This document shows positions 48,628-59,374 of a stretch of DNA of 64,000 nucleotides, in pieces. The stretch's first letter is position 1. The number at the start of each line of letters is the position of its first letter. The notes under the pieces are model-generated. The model searched no databases and was not told where the DNA came from. It saw only the letters and a list, made by a program, of their open reading frames with translations. The position numbers and the translations under genes were made by a program. This DNA is from Alphaproteobacteria bacterium (lineage in GTDB: Bacteria; Pseudomonadota; Alphaproteobacteria; Rhodobacterales; Rhodobacteraceae), in the NCBI GenBank assembly GCA_016869835.1, contig VGDH01000002.1:4265-68264 (forward strand). Direction: 5' to 3'.

Positions 48628-49456
48628 CCACTTGCCCTTCTTCCTTGTTTCGCCCGATCAGAGGATTTCGCGCCAGGATCTCTTGCGCCAGCGCCCGATA
48701 AGCCAACGCGCCCTTGGATGCCGCATCATATGAAAGAACGGGCTGCGCGTATGAGGGTGCCTCGCTCACCCTGACATTGCGCGGAATCGTCGTCTTGAAC
48801 ACCAACTCGCCCAAAGCCCCTCTGGCGTCGCCTTCCACCTGCTGCGCCAAGCGGTTTCGCAGATCATGCATCGTCAGAAGAACACCCTCAATTCGAAGCG
48901 CCGGATTTGCCGCCTGCCGAACCTCACGAATTGTCAGCATAAGCTGCGACAACCCCTCAAGGGCAAAGAATTCTGTCTGAAGCGGAACAAGAACTGCATG
49001 GCTTGCAATCAGGCCGTTTACTGTCAACAAATTCAGCGACGGCGGACAGTCTATCAGGATATAGTCGAGGTCATAATCGGCGGCAGCGGGCTGCCGAAGC
49101 GCGTCATGCAAGAGAAAGCTCCGCTTCTCGCGCGAGACAAGCTCGATATCGGCCGAGGAAAGATCAGCTGACGCCGGGCACAAAAAAAGACCAGAAATTG
49201 CAGTCTTTTGCACGACGTCGGAGATGGAGACCTCCTCCACCAAAAGATCATAGGTGGAAAGCGCCCTTTGTGCTGGCGCAACGCCTAGTCCAGTAGACGC
49301 GTTTCCTTGAGGATCCAGATCTACCAAAAGCACGCGCGCACCGCATTCGACGAAGGCCGCAGCAAGGTTTATGGCTGTCGTGGTCTTTCCAACCCCCCCC
49401 TTCTGGTTGACCACGGCAAGAATCCGGGGTGCGGATGCATCAGCAGGTCGAGGCAT
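48611..49456 (-). CDS. parA: Chromosome partitioning ATPase ParA
   Basis: 281 aa, deviant Walker A NQKGGVGKTTTAINLA. Overlaps the parB start by 17 nt. Confidence 0.95.
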   Translation of the reverse strand: MPRPADASAPRILAVVNQKGGVGKTTTAINLAAAFVECGARVLLVDLDPQGNASTGLGVAPAQRALSTYDLLVEEVSISDVVQKTAISGLFLCPASADLSSADIELVSREKRSFLLHDALRQPAAADYDLDYILIDCPPSLNLLTVNGLIASHAVLVPLQTEFFALEGLSQLMLTIREVRQAANPALRIEGVLLTMHDLRNRLAQQVEGDARGALGELVFKTTIPRNVRVSEAPSYAQPVLSYDAASKGALAYRALAQEILARNPLIGRNKEEGQVDGKES

Positions 49457-50084
49457 GCGCGAGGCCCTTCAGAAACAAGATCGAGGAACGGCTATCGGAA
49501 ACGCTTTCGCTTCGGTCAAGGTCAAATCGCCAGATCTTCCGCGCCTCGAAAATCTCGGCATCCGCCTGGGCGCCCTTCAAAAAGGCGCAGGTCCCGCCTG
49601 TCCGAAGATGCCGAAGCGCCAGGCCGCAAAGAGCGGCGAGAGGCGCAAGCGCGCGGGCGGAGACGACATCAGCATTCTGCGCAGGTAGATCTTCAATCCG
49701 CACAGCATGCACAGATGCAGAAAGGCGCAGATGCCGGATCACTTCCGAAAGAAAGACGGCCTTTCGTCGATCACTCTCGACAAGCGACACCCGCATGTCG
49801 GGCAGAACATCCGCCGCAAGAATCGCGACAACAATCCCGGGAAATCCGCCACCACTTCCAAGATCAACCCAGGTTCGCGTCGCCGAATCAACGCAGCGGA
49901 AAACCTGAAGTGAATCAAGAATGTGCCGATCCCACAGATTGCTTACAGTCGACTTGGCAACGACATTGATGGAAGGATTCCACTTCGCAACCAACTGGGC
50001 GAATTGGTCCAACCCGTCCAAAACAACCGACGACGGCGCAAACCTTGGGCCGACCGCGCGCTCAATCTGCTGAAGACGCGTCAT
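49440..50084 (-). CDS. rsmG: 16S rRNA (guanine527-N7)-methyltransferase RsmG (GidB)
   Basis: 214 aa, SAM motif [15 protein letters not shown]. Lies between mnmG and parA. Confidence 0.92.
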   Translation of the reverse strand: MTRLQQIERAVGPRFAPSSVVLDGLDQFAQLVAKWNPSINVVAKSTVSNLWDRHILDSLQVFRCVDSATRTWVDLGSGGGFPGIVVAILAADVLPDMRVSLVESDRRKAVFLSEVIRHLRLSASVHAVRIEDLPAQNADVVSARALAPLAALCGLALRHLRTGGTCAFLKGAQADAEIFEARKIWRFDLDRSESVSDSRSSILFLKGLAHASTC

Positions 50085-51955
50085 CGCCCGACGGCCGCGC
50101 GCTTGGCCTTCCTGATATGCGCAAGAATCAAGGCAAGCGCAGCCGGCGTCATTCCCTCGATGCGCCCCGCCTGTGCGAGGGTCTCGGGTCGCCGAGCAAA
50201 AAGCTTGCCCGCCAGCTCTCCTGAAAGCCCAGGAAGCCCGCGATACTCAAGATCTGGCGGAATAAGCGTCTCTTCTTCACGCCGCAACGCCGCAATGTCG
50301 TTTTCTTGCCGATCAAGATACTGCTGATAAAGCGCGTCGTTCTCGATCTGCGTTCGAATCGCCGAATCAATCGCCGCCGCTGCGGGCTCAAGTCGATCGA
50401 TCTGCTCTCGCGTGACCCCAGGCATGGAGAGCAAGCGCAAAAGGTTTCTGCGGCCACCATCCACATTCACATTGATCCCAACATCTCGGAGCTCTCTCGG
50501 CGCAAAGCTCTTGGCAGCCAAGAGATCGCGCCCGGACTCAAGGGCTTCCAGCTTCTGGGCAAAGACCTGAGCGCGCTCCGCCCGGACACAGCCAAGACTC
50601 ATGCCAAGCGGCGTCAGCCGTTGATCTGCGTTATCGGCACGAAGGGCCAGACGAAACTCGGCGCGAGATGTGAACATGCGATAGGGTTCTGTAACGCCGC
50701 GATGGATAAGATCATCAATCAGAACTCCGATATAGCTATCCGCGCGGCCAAAAAGAATCTTGTCGCCACCCCGGGCATGGCTTGCGGCGTTAAGGCCAGC
50801 AACAAGCCCCTGAGCCGCAGCTTCCTCATAACCGGTTGTTCCATTGATCTGTCCCGCAAAGAATAGACCCTCAACGCCTCGGGTCATGAGCGTCTGAGTC
50901 AAATCACGGGGATCAAAGAAATCATATTCAATCGCATAGGCGGGCTGCAGGATTCTCACATCCTCAAGCCCGACGATCGACCTGACATAGGCTTCCTGCA
51001 CCTCAAATGGCAAAGACGATGAAATTCCGTTCGGGTAAATCGTATCGTCATCGAGGCCTTCAGGCTCCAGAAAGATCTGGTGCGAGCTCTTATCAGCAAA
51101 GCGCACGACCTTATCTTCAATGGAAGGGCAATAGCGCGGGCCAACACCTTCGATATGGCCGCCGTACATCGCTGACAAATGGATGTTCTTGCGAACGATC
51201 TCGTGGGTCTTCTCGTTGGTGTGCGTTACACCGCAAGGCACCTGCCGAACCACAGGCGTGCCGCTTAGAAAGGAAAAAAGCGAAGGCTCATCGTCTCCGG
51301 GCTGTTCTTCTATCCGCGACCAATCGATGGTCTTTCCGTCGAGTCTCGGCGGCGTGCCGGTCTTCAGCCGTCCCGTATTCAGGCCAAGGCCCGAAATCTG
51401 ATGGGCCAACCTGATCGATGGCGCATCGCCCATCCGCCCACCCGAGGTTTTCTCGTTGCCGATGTGAATCAGGCCATTGAGAAAGGTTCCCGCCGTCAGG
51501 ATACCTGTCGCACCGGAAATCGCGATGCCGCCAGCCAGTTCGACCCCAGCGAACCGCCCAGCATCCAGCTTCAAACCGACCACTTCGCCCTCAATCACCG
51601 TAAGGCTTTGTTCTTGAGCGAGAAACTCTTGTATCGCTTGGCGATACAGTTTGCGGTCAGTCTGCGCGCGGGGGCCCTGCACCGCTGGACCCTTTCGACG
51701 GTTAAGCAACCTGAACTGAATGCCTGCGCGATCTGCCGCGCGCCCCATGATCCCGTCAAGCGCGTCAATTTCACGAACCAGGTGCCCCTTACCAAGCCCC
51801 CCGATCGCCGGATTGCATGACATCACACCAATACCATCGCGCCGCAAAGAGATAAGCGCCGTCGAGGCCCCCATCCGGGCCGCCGCCGCCGCCGCCTCAG
51901 TCCCAGCGTGACCTCCGCCAATAACAATGACGTCAAAATGTTTCACGTGAAACAT
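50081..51955 (-). CDS. mnmG: tRNA uridine 5-carboxymethylaminomethyl modification enzyme MnmG (GidA)
   Basis: 624 aa from ATG 51955 ([22 protein letters not shown]), aligning with the usual MnmG N-terminus. The stop overlaps the rsmG start (ATGA). Confidence 0.95.
   Translation of the reverse strand: MFHVKHFDVIVIGGGHAGTEAAAAAARMGASTALISLRRDGIGVMSCNPAIGGLGKGHLVREIDALDGIMGRAADRAGIQFRLLNRRKGPAVQGPRAQTDRKLYRQAIQEFLAQEQSLTVIEGEVVGLKLDAGRFAGVELAGGIAISGATGILTAGTFLNGLIHIGNEKTSGGRMGDAPSIRLAHQISGLGLNTGRLKTGTPPRLDGKTIDWSRIEEQPGDDEPSLFSFLSGTPVVRQVPCGVTHTNEKTHEIVRKNIHLSAMYGGHIEGVGPRYCPSIEDKVVRFADKSSHQIFLEPEGLDDDTIYPNGISSSLPFEVQEAYVRSIVGLEDVRILQPAYAIEYDFFDPRDLTQTLMTRGVEGLFFAGQINGTTGYEEAAAQGLVAGLNAASHARGGDKILFGRADSYIGVLIDDLIHRGVTEPYRMFTSRAEFRLALRADNADQRLTPLGMSLGCVRAERAQVFAQKLEALESGRDLLAAKSFAPRELRDVGINVNVDGGRRNLLRLLSMPGVTREQIDRLEPAAAAIDSAIRTQIENDALYQQYLDRQENDIAALRREEETLIPPDLEYRGLPGLSGELAGKLFARRPETLAQAGRIEGMTPAALALILAHIRKAKRAAVGR
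51939..51954. promoter_or_regulatory. parS centromere-like site (perfect 16-bp palindrome)
   Basis: TGTTTCACGTGAAACA, identical to the site at 46356. It covers codons 1-6 of mnmG (MFHVKH). Confidence 0.8.
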
Positions 51956-51957
51956 CC

Positions 51958-53241
51958 TCATTTTCCGATGCAAAAGCGCGAAAAGACCTCATCGAGCAGA
52001 TCTTCAACGCCCACCTTGCCAATCATGATCTCCAACGCCCGAGCGCTTGCCTGCAATTCGGCCGCGGCAAGCTCCACCGGACCACCCCCTACTATCACAG
52101 CCCGCGCCGAGCCTACAGAACCCGCTGCCTCAGACAAAGCTTGCCTGTGGCGCTCGCGAATCACAAGACTTGACCCGGACACACGCCCAGCAAGTACAGC
52201 ACCGATCCGCAAGAGCAAGCCATCCAGCCCGGCGCCTGTCTTTCCCGAAACCGACCCTTCACGCTCTGGATGGAGATCGGCCTTTGCCTGAACCACAATA
52301 TCTTCTAGTGCCGGGTCTAAAGGCAAAACCTCTGCCCCATCCTTCAAGAAAATCCGCAAGTCGGCCAAGCGCGCGCGATCGATACCCCGCTCAATCCCGA
52401 TCCTCTCGACACGATCGTCAGCGTCCCGCAGCCCGGCGGTATCCAGCAAAGTAACCGCCAGACCGTCAATCTCCATGCGGACCTCAATCACATCGCGCGT
52501 CGTTCCCGCAACATCCGACGTAATCGCAGCCTCGCGACCTGCCAGCGCATTCAAAAGAGTGGACTTTCCGACATTTGGCGCCCCGACGATCGCCACCTCG
52601 AATCCTTCCCGAATTCGTTCGGCCGCTCCCGCCCCCTCCAATTCGCGCGAAATGCCCCCCTCAATCAGATCCAAAAGCGCCACAACCTCTTCCGACACCT
52701 CTTCTGGGACATCTTCATCCGAGAAATCAATGACCGCAGCCAAAAGCGCCGACGCGCGCACCAGATCCGCGCGCCAACGCTCAGCCCTCTGGCCAAGATG
52801 CCCTGACATCACCGCCACAGCCTGACGGCGTTGCGCCTCCGTCTCCGCATCGATCAGATCTGCCAGACCCTCGATCTGGGTCAGGTCCATTCGCCCATTT
52901 TCCAGAGCCCTTCGGCTGAACTCTCCCGGCTCAGCCAAACGAAGCCCGGGCTGCGCTGCCAACGCCTGAAGAACGGCCCGAACACTTGCTGTGCCCCCAT
53001 GTACCTGAAGCTCAACAGTCGCCTCGCCGGTAAAGCTGGCCCCCGGCTCAAAGACCAGTACCAGAGCCTGATCAACCAATCGCCCTTCGAGCCGCACTTC
53101 GCGAAGCGCGGCACGGCGTGGCAGTGGCAAATCACCACACAGCGCCTGACCGGCGGCAATGGCAAGATTCCCAGACACCCGAATGACGGCAACGCCGGCC
53201 TTCCCCCGGGCGCTTGCCAGGGCGAATATCGTATCCATCAC
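51958..53241 (-). CDS. mnmE: tRNA modification GTPase MnmE (TrmE)
   Basis: 427 aa, G1 motif [15 protein letters not shown]-terminal CIGK. Confidence 0.95.
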   Translation of the reverse strand: MMDTIFALASARGKAGVAVIRVSGNLAIAAGQALCGDLPLPRRAALREVRLEGRLVDQALVLVFEPGASFTGEATVELQVHGGTASVRAVLQALAAQPGLRLAEPGEFSRRALENGRMDLTQIEGLADLIDAETEAQRRQAVAVMSGHLGQRAERWRADLVRASALLAAVIDFSDEDVPEEVSEEVVALLDLIEGGISRELEGAGAAERIREGFEVAIVGAPNVGKSTLLNALAGREAAITSDVAGTTRDVIEVRMEIDGLAVTLLDTAGLRDADDRVERIGIERGIDRARLADLRIFLKDGAEVLPLDPALEDIVVQAKADLHPEREGSVSGKTGAGLDGLLLRIGAVLAGRVSGSSLVIRERHRQALSEAAGSVGSARAVIVGGGPVELAAAELQASARALEIMIGKVGVEDLLDEVFSRFCIGK

Positions 53242-53281
53242 ATAACCCTATGAAAATAAAGGATAAGCCAGCGCACAACGA

Positions 53282-54553
53282 TCACGCGTTCATGGAGTCG
53301 AAGAATTCGCTGTTCGTCTTGGTTTGTTTCAGCTTGGAAATCAGGAATTCAATCGCGTCCGTTGTCCCCATTGGGTTCAGGATCCTCCGCAACACATAGG
53401 TCTTCTGGAGATCCAGCTTATCCACCAACAGATCTTCCTTCCGGGTCCCCGATTTCAGAATATCAATCGCCGGGAACACACGCTTATCGGCAACCTTGCG
53501 ATCCAGAACGATCTCGCTGTTGCCGGTGCCCTTGAATTCTTCAAAGATCACCTCGTCCATCCGGCTCCCAGTGTCGATCAAGGCCGTCGCTATGATCGTC
53601 AGCGACCCGCCTTCCTCGATGTTCCGGGCCGCACCAAAGAACCGCTTGGGCCGCTGCAACGCATTGGCATCGACGCCGCCGGTCAGGACCTTGCCGCTCG
53701 ACGGCACCACCGTGTTGAACGCCCGCCCAAGCCGGGTGATCGAATCCAGCAAGATGACAACATCCCGCTTGTGCTCCACCAAGCGCTTGGCCTTCTCGAT
53801 AACCATCTCCGCCACGGCAACATGGCGCGTCGCCGGTTCGTCAAAGGTCGAGGACACCACCTCGCCGCGCACGCTGCGCTGCATGTCAGTCACTTCCTCT
53901 GGCCGCTCATCGATCAACAGCACGATCAGATAGCATTCCGGGTGATTGGTCGCGATAGAATGGGCGATATTCTGCAACAGCACCGTCTTGCCCGTCCGCG
54001 GCGGCGCAACGATCAACGCCCGTTGGCCCTTCCCGATCGGACAGACCAGATCGATGATCCGGGCCGAGCGGTCCTTCACCGTCGGGTCCTCGATCTCCAT
54101 CTTCAGCCGCTCATCAGGATAAAGCGGCGTCAGGTTGTCGAAGTGCACCTTGTGGCGCGCCTTTTCCGGATCATCAAAGTTGATCTTGGTCGCCTTGATC
54201 AGGCTGAAATAGCGCTCATTCTCGCGCGGGGCCTGAATGACCCCCTCAATCGAATCCCCCGTCCGCAGCGAAAACTGCCGGATCATCTCGGGACCCACAT
54301 AGATATCATCCGGTCCCGGCAAATAGTTCGCCGAAGGGCTGCGCAAGAACCCAAACCCATCCTGCAAAACTTCCAACACACCATCACCGCCGATTTCCCA
54401 ACCTTCCTCGGCGTGCTCCTTCAGGATCGAGAACATCATCTCGCCCTTGCGCATCGACGGCGCGTTCTCGATCTCCCATTCTTCGGCCATGGCCAGCAAC
54501 TCGGCCGGCGTCTTGGCCTTCAGATCGGCAAGATTCAAATGCTCGACAGTCAT
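53282..54553 (-). CDS. rho: Transcription termination factor Rho
   Basis: 423 aa from ATG 54553 (RBS AAGGGGA). Motifs GFGFLR, Walker [16 protein letters not shown], and a C-terminus ending in ...FFDSMNA. Confidence 0.96.
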   Translation of the reverse strand: MTVEHLNLADLKAKTPAELLAMAEEWEIENAPSMRKGEMMFSILKEHAEEGWEIGGDGVLEVLQDGFGFLRSPSANYLPGPDDIYVGPEMIRQFSLRTGDSIEGVIQAPRENERYFSLIKATKINFDDPEKARHKVHFDNLTPLYPDERLKMEIEDPTVKDRSARIIDLVCPIGKGQRALIVAPPRTGKTVLLQNIAHSIATNHPECYLIVLLIDERPEEVTDMQRSVRGEVVSSTFDEPATRHVAVAEMVIEKAKRLVEHKRDVVILLDSITRLGRAFNTVVPSSGKVLTGGVDANALQRPKRFFGAARNIEEGGSLTIIATALIDTGSRMDEVIFEEFKGTGNSEIVLDRKVADKRVFPAIDILKSGTRKEDLLVDKLDLQKTYVLRRILNPMGTTDAIEFLISKLKQTKTNSEFFDSMNA

Positions 54554-54674
54554 GGGAGTCCCCTTGGCTCGCCCGGGTCGGGCGATCAGCATAACAGTAT
54601 ACAGGAAAGCGCTTCCGGCCGGACGGCCCACGCATGAACCGCCCATACGGCGGCAACCGGACTGAGTCAAGATT

Positions 54675-55154
54675 TCAGAACTTCATGATCACCGCAAAGA
54701 CGATCAACAGCATGAAAACCGTCGGAACCTCGTTCATCATCCGGTAGTGCCGCCCCGTCAAATCGTTCTGCCCCGCCAGAAACGCCTTGCGCCTGGCCGC
54801 AAGCCACATGTGAAACACCGTCATCGCCACAACCGACAGCGCCTTCACCCAAACCCAGGCCTCACTCCACACCACAATGCCCGGCGTCAAAACCAGCACC
54901 AATCCAAAGATCCAGGTCGCTATCATCGCCGGGTTCATGATCGCGCGCAGCAAAAGCCGTTCCTGATGCTGAAACAGCTGATCCATCTCGCTACCCGCCA
55001 CCACACCGCGCTTCTTCAGCCCTTCGACGTGATATACAAACAGGCGCGGCAAATAAAACAGACCCGCCATCCAGGAAATCACCGAGATGACATGCAACGC
55101 CTTCGTCCAAAGGTACCAATCTGCCAGAAACCCGCCCATCCGTTCACAACCCAT
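54675..55154 (-). CDS. hemJ: Protoporphyrinogen IX oxidase HemJ (UPF0093/CopD-like)
   Basis: 159 aa, [29 protein letters not shown] motif, 4-5 TM segments. ATG 55154 has a GAGAGG RBS; ATG 55139 is the alternative. Confidence 0.8.
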   Translation of the reverse strand: MGCERMGGFLADWYLWTKALHVISVISWMAGLFYLPRLFVYHVEGLKKRGVVAGSEMDQLFQHQERLLLRAIMNPAMIATWIFGLVLVLTPGIVVWSEAWVWVKALSVVAMTVFHMWLAARRKAFLAGQNDLTGRHYRMMNEVPTVFMLLIVFAVIMKF

Positions 55155-55526
55155 GTGCTCTGCCTCTCTTCTTTTAAAGAAATAGAGTCATAATGGAAGA
55201 TGAAGATGTAAGCCCTGTGGGTATCGGAATAGTCCGGATCATCCCCAGTTCTACCCACAGGAAAAACCCTGTGGAAAAGATCAGAATGACCTCAAAACGG
55301 AGCAGAAATCTCATATAAAACATAATGTTGATATCAGAGGGCCTGGAAAACCTGCCGTCTTCGTTCCTTTGGATAACACCTTTTCCGAAGGCACCCATCA
55401 CCCTTGTCCTCATGTGGACAATCCCCATCGTGACGCTCTAATTCATTCTGGTTGCCAACAGCTCGCGCTTTAGCCCCCGTTCAGGGGCCAAAGATTCCCA
55501 AATCGTCGCACATCTTATCCACAGCC
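55155..55526. other. Candidate chromosomal replication origin (oriC)
   Basis: 372-bp gap with AT-rich stretches. One perfect DnaA box TTATCCACA (55515-55523), three 1-mismatch boxes (55270-55278, 55368-55376, 55413-55421) and two 2-mismatch boxes (55216-55224, 55251-55259). Gene orientation diverges here. parAB/parS and maf-aroE-coaE-dnaQ are adjacent. Confidence 0.65.
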
Positions 55527-56126
55527 ATGTCCCGTCCCTTGATCCTCGCCTCAACCTCGGCCATCCGCCTCCAGCTTCTGCGCAACGCCGGGCTTGAGGT
55601 TTCGGCGCTGCCCGCCCGCGTGGATGAGGAATCAATCCGCCAAAGTTTTGAGGCAGAGGGTGCCACCCCCCGCGACATCGTCGATGCCCTGGCCGAGATG
55701 AAAGCCGCCAGGATCGCCGCCCGTAATCCCGCCAACCTTGTCCTCGGCTGCGATCAGGTGCTCGACTTCAAAGGCACCACCTTTTCAAAACCTGAAACCG
55801 TGCAAGATGCCCGCACACAACTCCTGTCCTTGCGCGGCCAGACCCACAGCCTCCTCTCCGCCGCCGTGCTTTATGACAGGGGCGAGCCGATCTGGCGTCA
55901 CGTCGGTCAGGCCCGCCTTACCATGCGCGACTTCTCCGAAGACTATCTCGACGCCTACCTTGCCAGAAACTGGCCGGACATCAGCCATTCTGTCGGCGCC
56001 TACATGCTCGAAGCCGAAGGTGTGCGGCTTTTCAGCCGGATCGAGGGGGATTATTTCACCATCCTCGGCCTGCCGTTGCTTCCCCTCTTGTCCTATCTCG
56101 CCACCCGGGGTTTTATTCCAGCATGA
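55527..56126 (+). CDS. maf: Maf-like nucleoside triphosphate pyrophosphatase
   Basis: 199 aa from ATG 55527 ([23 protein letters not shown]), with GCDQV and GAYMLE motifs. Confidence 0.9.
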   Translation: MSRPLILASTSAIRLQLLRNAGLEVSALPARVDEESIRQSFEAEGATPRDIVDALAEMKAARIAARNPANLVLGCDQVLDFKGTTFSKPETVQDARTQLLSLRGQTHSLLSAAVLYDRGEPIWRHVGQARLTMRDFSEDYLDAYLARNWPDISHSVGAYMLEAEGVRLFSRIEGDYFTILGLPLLPLLSYLATRGFIPA

Positions 56127-56962
56127 CCGAGCTTGCCAAAATCCCTCTCGCCGGTGTCATCGGCCATCCCATCGCGCACAGCCGCTCCCCGGCGCTGCAT
56201 GGTTTCTGGCTGTGTCGCTATGGGGTAAAGGGGCATTACATCCCCATGGACGTAGCCCCGGCAGATCTGGAAACCACCCTGCGGCACCTGCCGAAAATCG
56301 GCTTTGTCGGGCTCAATGTCACGCTTCCCCATAAGGAAGCGATCCTCAAGATCGCCGACGTCATTACCGATCGCGCCGCGCTGATCGGTGCGGCCAATAC
56401 GCTGATCTTCCGCAAAGATGGCAAGATCCACGCTGACAACACCGACGGCGCGGGCTTTGTCGCCAATCTGCGCCAGAACGCCCCGCATTGGGCGCCCTCC
56501 GCAGGCCCGGCGGCGGTGTTCGGCGCCGGCGGGGCGGCGCGTGCCGTCGCCGCCGCCCTGATCGAGATCGGTGTGCCCAAAATCCGCATCTCCAATCGCT
56601 CTCGCCCCCGGGCCGAGGCGCTGCGTGCCGATTTCGGGGCCAAGCTTGTGGTCTATGACTGGGTTCAGGCCGCCAATATGCTTGAAGGCGTGACCACTGT
56701 CATCAACACCACCTCGCTCGGCATGGCGGGCAAGCCGGAATTCCGGGTGCCACTCGATGCTCTGGAACCGGGGGCCGTGGTCAATGATCTGGTCTACAAC
56801 CCGCTCAAAACCGCCTTTCTGGCCGAGGCCGAACAGCGCGGCGCCACCATCGTCGATGGCCTTGGCATGCTCCTCCATCAGGCCGCACCCGGTTTTGAAC
56901 GCTGGTTCGGACCCGCCCCGGCCGTTGATGAGGCCACCCGCCAAGCTGTGCTTTCCGCATGA
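56123..56962 (+). CDS. aroE: Shikimate dehydrogenase
   Basis: 279 aa. [30 protein letters not shown] and [10 protein letters not shown] motifs. ATGA overlap with maf. Confidence 0.93.
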   Translation: MTELAKIPLAGVIGHPIAHSRSPALHGFWLCRYGVKGHYIPMDVAPADLETTLRHLPKIGFVGLNVTLPHKEAILKIADVITDRAALIGAANTLIFRKDGKIHADNTDGAGFVANLRQNAPHWAPSAGPAAVFGAGGAARAVAAALIEIGVPKIRISNRSRPRAEALRADFGAKLVVYDWVQAANMLEGVTTVINTTSLGMAGKPEFRVPLDALEPGAVVNDLVYNPLKTAFLAEAEQRGATIVDGLGMLLHQAAPGFERWFGPAPAVDEATRQAVLSA

Positions 56963-57555
56963 CCGCCTTTCGCCTCGGATTGACCGGCTCCATCGGCATG
57001 GGCAAATCCACCACCGCCGCCATGTTTGCCGATGAAGGCCTGCCGGTCTGGGATGCCGATGCCGCCGTGCATCGTCTCTATGGCCCCGACGGTGCGGCGG
57101 TTCCCGCCATCGCCGCCCTCTGTCCCCAGGCCGAAACGGCAAGCGGGATTGACCGTGCCCTGTTAAAGGACTGGATCACAACCAACCCCCGGGCACTCCA
57201 AGCCCTTGAATTCATCGTTCACCCGCTTGTCGCCGCCGCCCGCGATACCTTTATCGCCGCGACCCAGGCCGATATCGTCGTCCTCGACATCCCGCTTCTC
57301 TTTGAAAAAGGCACCGAGGCGCAGATGGATGCGACCCTTCTCTGCACCGCGCCGCCCGCGCTGCAAAAGGCCCGGGTCATGGCGCGCGGCACAATGACCG
57401 AAGCCCAGTTCCAGACCATCCTCGCCCGACAGATGCCCGATGCCGAAAAGCGCGCCCGCGCCACCCATATTGTCGAAACCCTGTCGCTCGACAGCACGCG
57501 CGCCTATGTCCACGCATTGATCGCCCATATCCGCGAAAGTCGCTGCCATGCGTGA
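56959..57555 (+). CDS. coaE: Dephospho-CoA kinase
   Basis: 198 aa, P-loop GLTGSIGMGKST. ATGA overlap with aroE. Confidence 0.92.
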   Translation: MTAFRLGLTGSIGMGKSTTAAMFADEGLPVWDADAAVHRLYGPDGAAVPAIAALCPQAETASGIDRALLKDWITTNPRALQALEFIVHPLVAAARDTFIAATQADIVVLDIPLLFEKGTEAQMDATLLCTAPPALQKARVMARGTMTEAQFQTILARQMPDAEKRARATHIVETLSLDSTRAYVHALIAHIRESRCHA

Positions 57556-58245
57556 AATCGTTCTTGATACCGAAACCACCGGCTTTGAGCCTCCGAAGGC
57601 CACCGCATCGTGGAAATCGGCGCGGTTGAACTCTTCAACCACATGCCCACCGGCCGCACCTATCACCAATACATCAACCCCGAACGCTCCATGCCGAAAG
57701 AGGCTTTTGAGGTGCACGGCCTTGGCGATGATTTCCTGCGCGACAAGCCAGTGTTCCGCGACATCGGTCGCGCTTTTCTCGACTTCATCGGAGATGCGAA
57801 ACTCGTCATCCACAATGCCGCCTTCGACGTCAAATTCCTGAACTTCGAGTTGAAACTGATCGGCCTGCCGACAATCGACTGGGCGCGCGCCATCGACACT
57901 CTGGCCATCTCGCGGCAGAAGTTTCCCGGCTCTCCGGCCTCGCTCGACGCGCTCTGCCGCCGCTTTGGGGTGGACAATTCGGCGCGGGAAAAACACGGCG
58001 CCCTTCTGGACAGCGAAATCCTGGCCGAAGTGTATCTTGAGCTGATCGGCGGCCGGCAACCTGATTTCGGCCTTGCCAGCCAACCCGAAAAGCCGAACGC
58101 CTCAGACGCCAGCGCCAGCGATGACTGGCGTCCCCGGCCCCGCCCCGAATCCTTGGCCGCGCGCATCACCGAAGAAGAAGCCGCCGCACATGCGGCCTTT
58201 GTCGCCAAACTGGGCGCGGCCGCGCTTTGGACCAAAAGAGCTTAA
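57548..58245 (+). pseudogene. dnaQ: DNA polymerase III epsilon subunit (proofreading exonuclease), frameshifted after codon 14-15
   Basis: Frame 1 reads MREIVLDTETTGFEP (ExoI motif) and then drifts into non-homologous sequence. The rest of DnaQ (GHRIVEIGAVEL...HNAAFDVKFLN...HGALLDSEILAEVY) is in the -1 frame. That frame is closed upstream by TGA at 57586-57588. A 1-nt loss near 57590-57593 (GAGCCTCC) explains this. Confidence 0.8.
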
Positions 58246-58282
58246 GGGCCAGCCCGTCAAAAGGCCGGCCCTCCCCGATACC

Positions 58283-58759
58283 TTAGTTCGCGACCGCCTG
58301 CGCTTGGGCACGGCGCGCCATCTTTTGCCGGTAAAGCGCCAGGAAATCGACCGTGTCGATGTTCAGCGGCGGGAAGCCGCCATCGCGGGTGACGTCCGAA
58401 ATGATGCGGCGGACGAAAGGAAACAGCATCCGCGGACATTCGATCAGCAGGAACGGATGCATCTGGTCCTCGGGCACGCCCTCGACATGGAACACCCCGC
58501 CGTAGTCCACTTCCAAAAGGAACAGCATGTCGCCATTGGCCTTGTTCTTCGATGTCACCTTGTATTTCGTGACAATCTCGAACTGGTGCTCCACCCGCCG
58601 CTTGCGCGCGTCCAGGCTGACGGCCACCTGAATGTCAGGCTGCACATCGGTGCCTGAAATGCTCTTCTGGGCCACCACGTTTTCAAACGACATGTCCCGC
58701 ACGAACTGCGCCAGAACCGACATCCGAACCTGCGGCGCGCCGCCGTTTTCCTCGGCCAT
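58283..58759 (-). CDS. secB: Protein-export chaperone SecB
   Basis: 158 aa, SecB pattern (VLAQFVRDMSFENV..., LLIECPRMLFPFVRRIISDVTRDGGFPPLNI). Confidence 0.93.
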   Translation of the reverse strand: MAEENGGAPQVRMSVLAQFVRDMSFENVVAQKSISGTDVQPDIQVAVSLDARKRRVEHQFEIVTKYKVTSKNKANGDMLFLLEVDYGGVFHVEGVPEDQMHPFLLIECPRMLFPFVRRIISDVTRDGGFPPLNIDTVDFLALYRQKMARRAQAQAVAN

Positions 58760-58816
58760 TCCCTCAACTCCTCAATACGATCTTGACCGCTTTCCTAGCA
58801 GGTCAGGTGGGCGGCC

Positions 58817-59266
58817 TCAATGGCGGGTGCAGCGCGAGGGGGGCTGGCCCTCGTCGCGCGGCCTCTCTACCACCGTAAACTCGCCCTCCACCACCTCATC
58901 GCGATGGGCATGCGCTGCATGAACGCTGAATCCATGCGCCGCAAGGTGGCGTCCCAGCCGTTCAATCACCAAGCGCTGCACCCCTGGCACCAAGAGCAAA
59001 AGGCCCAGCGCACTGGTCAGAAATCCGGGCAGGATCAACAGGATCGCCGCCAGCATGGCAAAGCCGCCCTCAGCCAGATGCACCATCGGCATGTCCCGCC
59101 GGATCTTCTGTGGCCGAACCCCGCCCCGGTGCAAAATGGACACGCCCAAAAAGAACGACCCCACAACCAACGCCAGCGTGGCCCAAAGACCAAGCGCCCC
59201 GCCCAGCGTGACAAAAAGGCCGATCTCGATCAGCGGAACAGCGAGAATAAGCGCAAAGACCCACAT
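58817..59266 (-). CDS. fxsA: FxsA family cytoplasmic membrane protein
   Basis: 149 aa from ATG 59266 (MWVFALILAVPLIEIGLFV..., ILLILPGFLTSALGLLLLVPGVQ), embedded in a longer spurious ORF. Confidence 0.85.
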   Translation of the reverse strand: MWVFALILAVPLIEIGLFVTLGGALGLWATLALVVGSFFLGVSILHRGGVRPQKIRRDMPMVHLAEGGFAMLAAILLILPGFLTSALGLLLLVPGVQRLVIERLGRHLAAHGFSVHAAHAHRDEVVEGEFTVVERPRDEGQPPSRCTRH

Positions 59267-59374
59267 GTTTTCGTTCTCCGGCGCTGCAAACTGGACTTGC
59301 GCAGACACAGTCCCTACATAAGCAGCCAAGGCCCAAACCTCCAACCCTTTGGGCAAAATTGTGCCGAGGTCGAA

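Noticed and set aside
43870-53241. Apparent lower GC content of the hrcA-to-mnmE block (spot counts of single 60-nt lines gave about 45-62 percent)
   Set aside because: Similar spot counts (53-58 percent) occur in unrelated genes such as the 5.1-6.1 kb membrane protein, maeB and the GATase-like gene. By-eye sampling therefore does not support a discrete island; it needs a sliding-window calculation.
53324-54637. 437-aa plus-strand ORF opposite rho
   Set aside because: rho on the minus strand is unambiguous (Walker A, RNA-binding motifs). The plus-strand translation is Arg/His/Gln/Leu-rich with no motifs.
54802-54817. Half parS (AGCCACATGTGAAACA) inside hemJ
   Set aside because: 5 mismatches, all in the left half-site. 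It is unlikely to bind a ParB dimer.
55174-55428. 84-aa ORF inside the AT-rich hemJ-maf gap
   Set aside because: No RBS and an odd hydrophobic/low-complexity translation. The region is better explained as the replication origin, and the ORF exists only because AT-rich DNA happens to lack stops in that frame.
55155-55526. CtrA boxes (TTAA-N7-TTAA) in the candidate origin
   Set aside because: There is only one TTAA (55174-55177), and the position 7 nt downstream reads GAGT. No full CtrA site was seen.
57586-57609. Programmed -1 ribosomal frameshift in dnaQ
   Set aside because: No X-XXY-YYZ slippery heptamer or obvious downstream stimulatory structure. A simple 1-nt deletion or sequencing error is more parsimonious.
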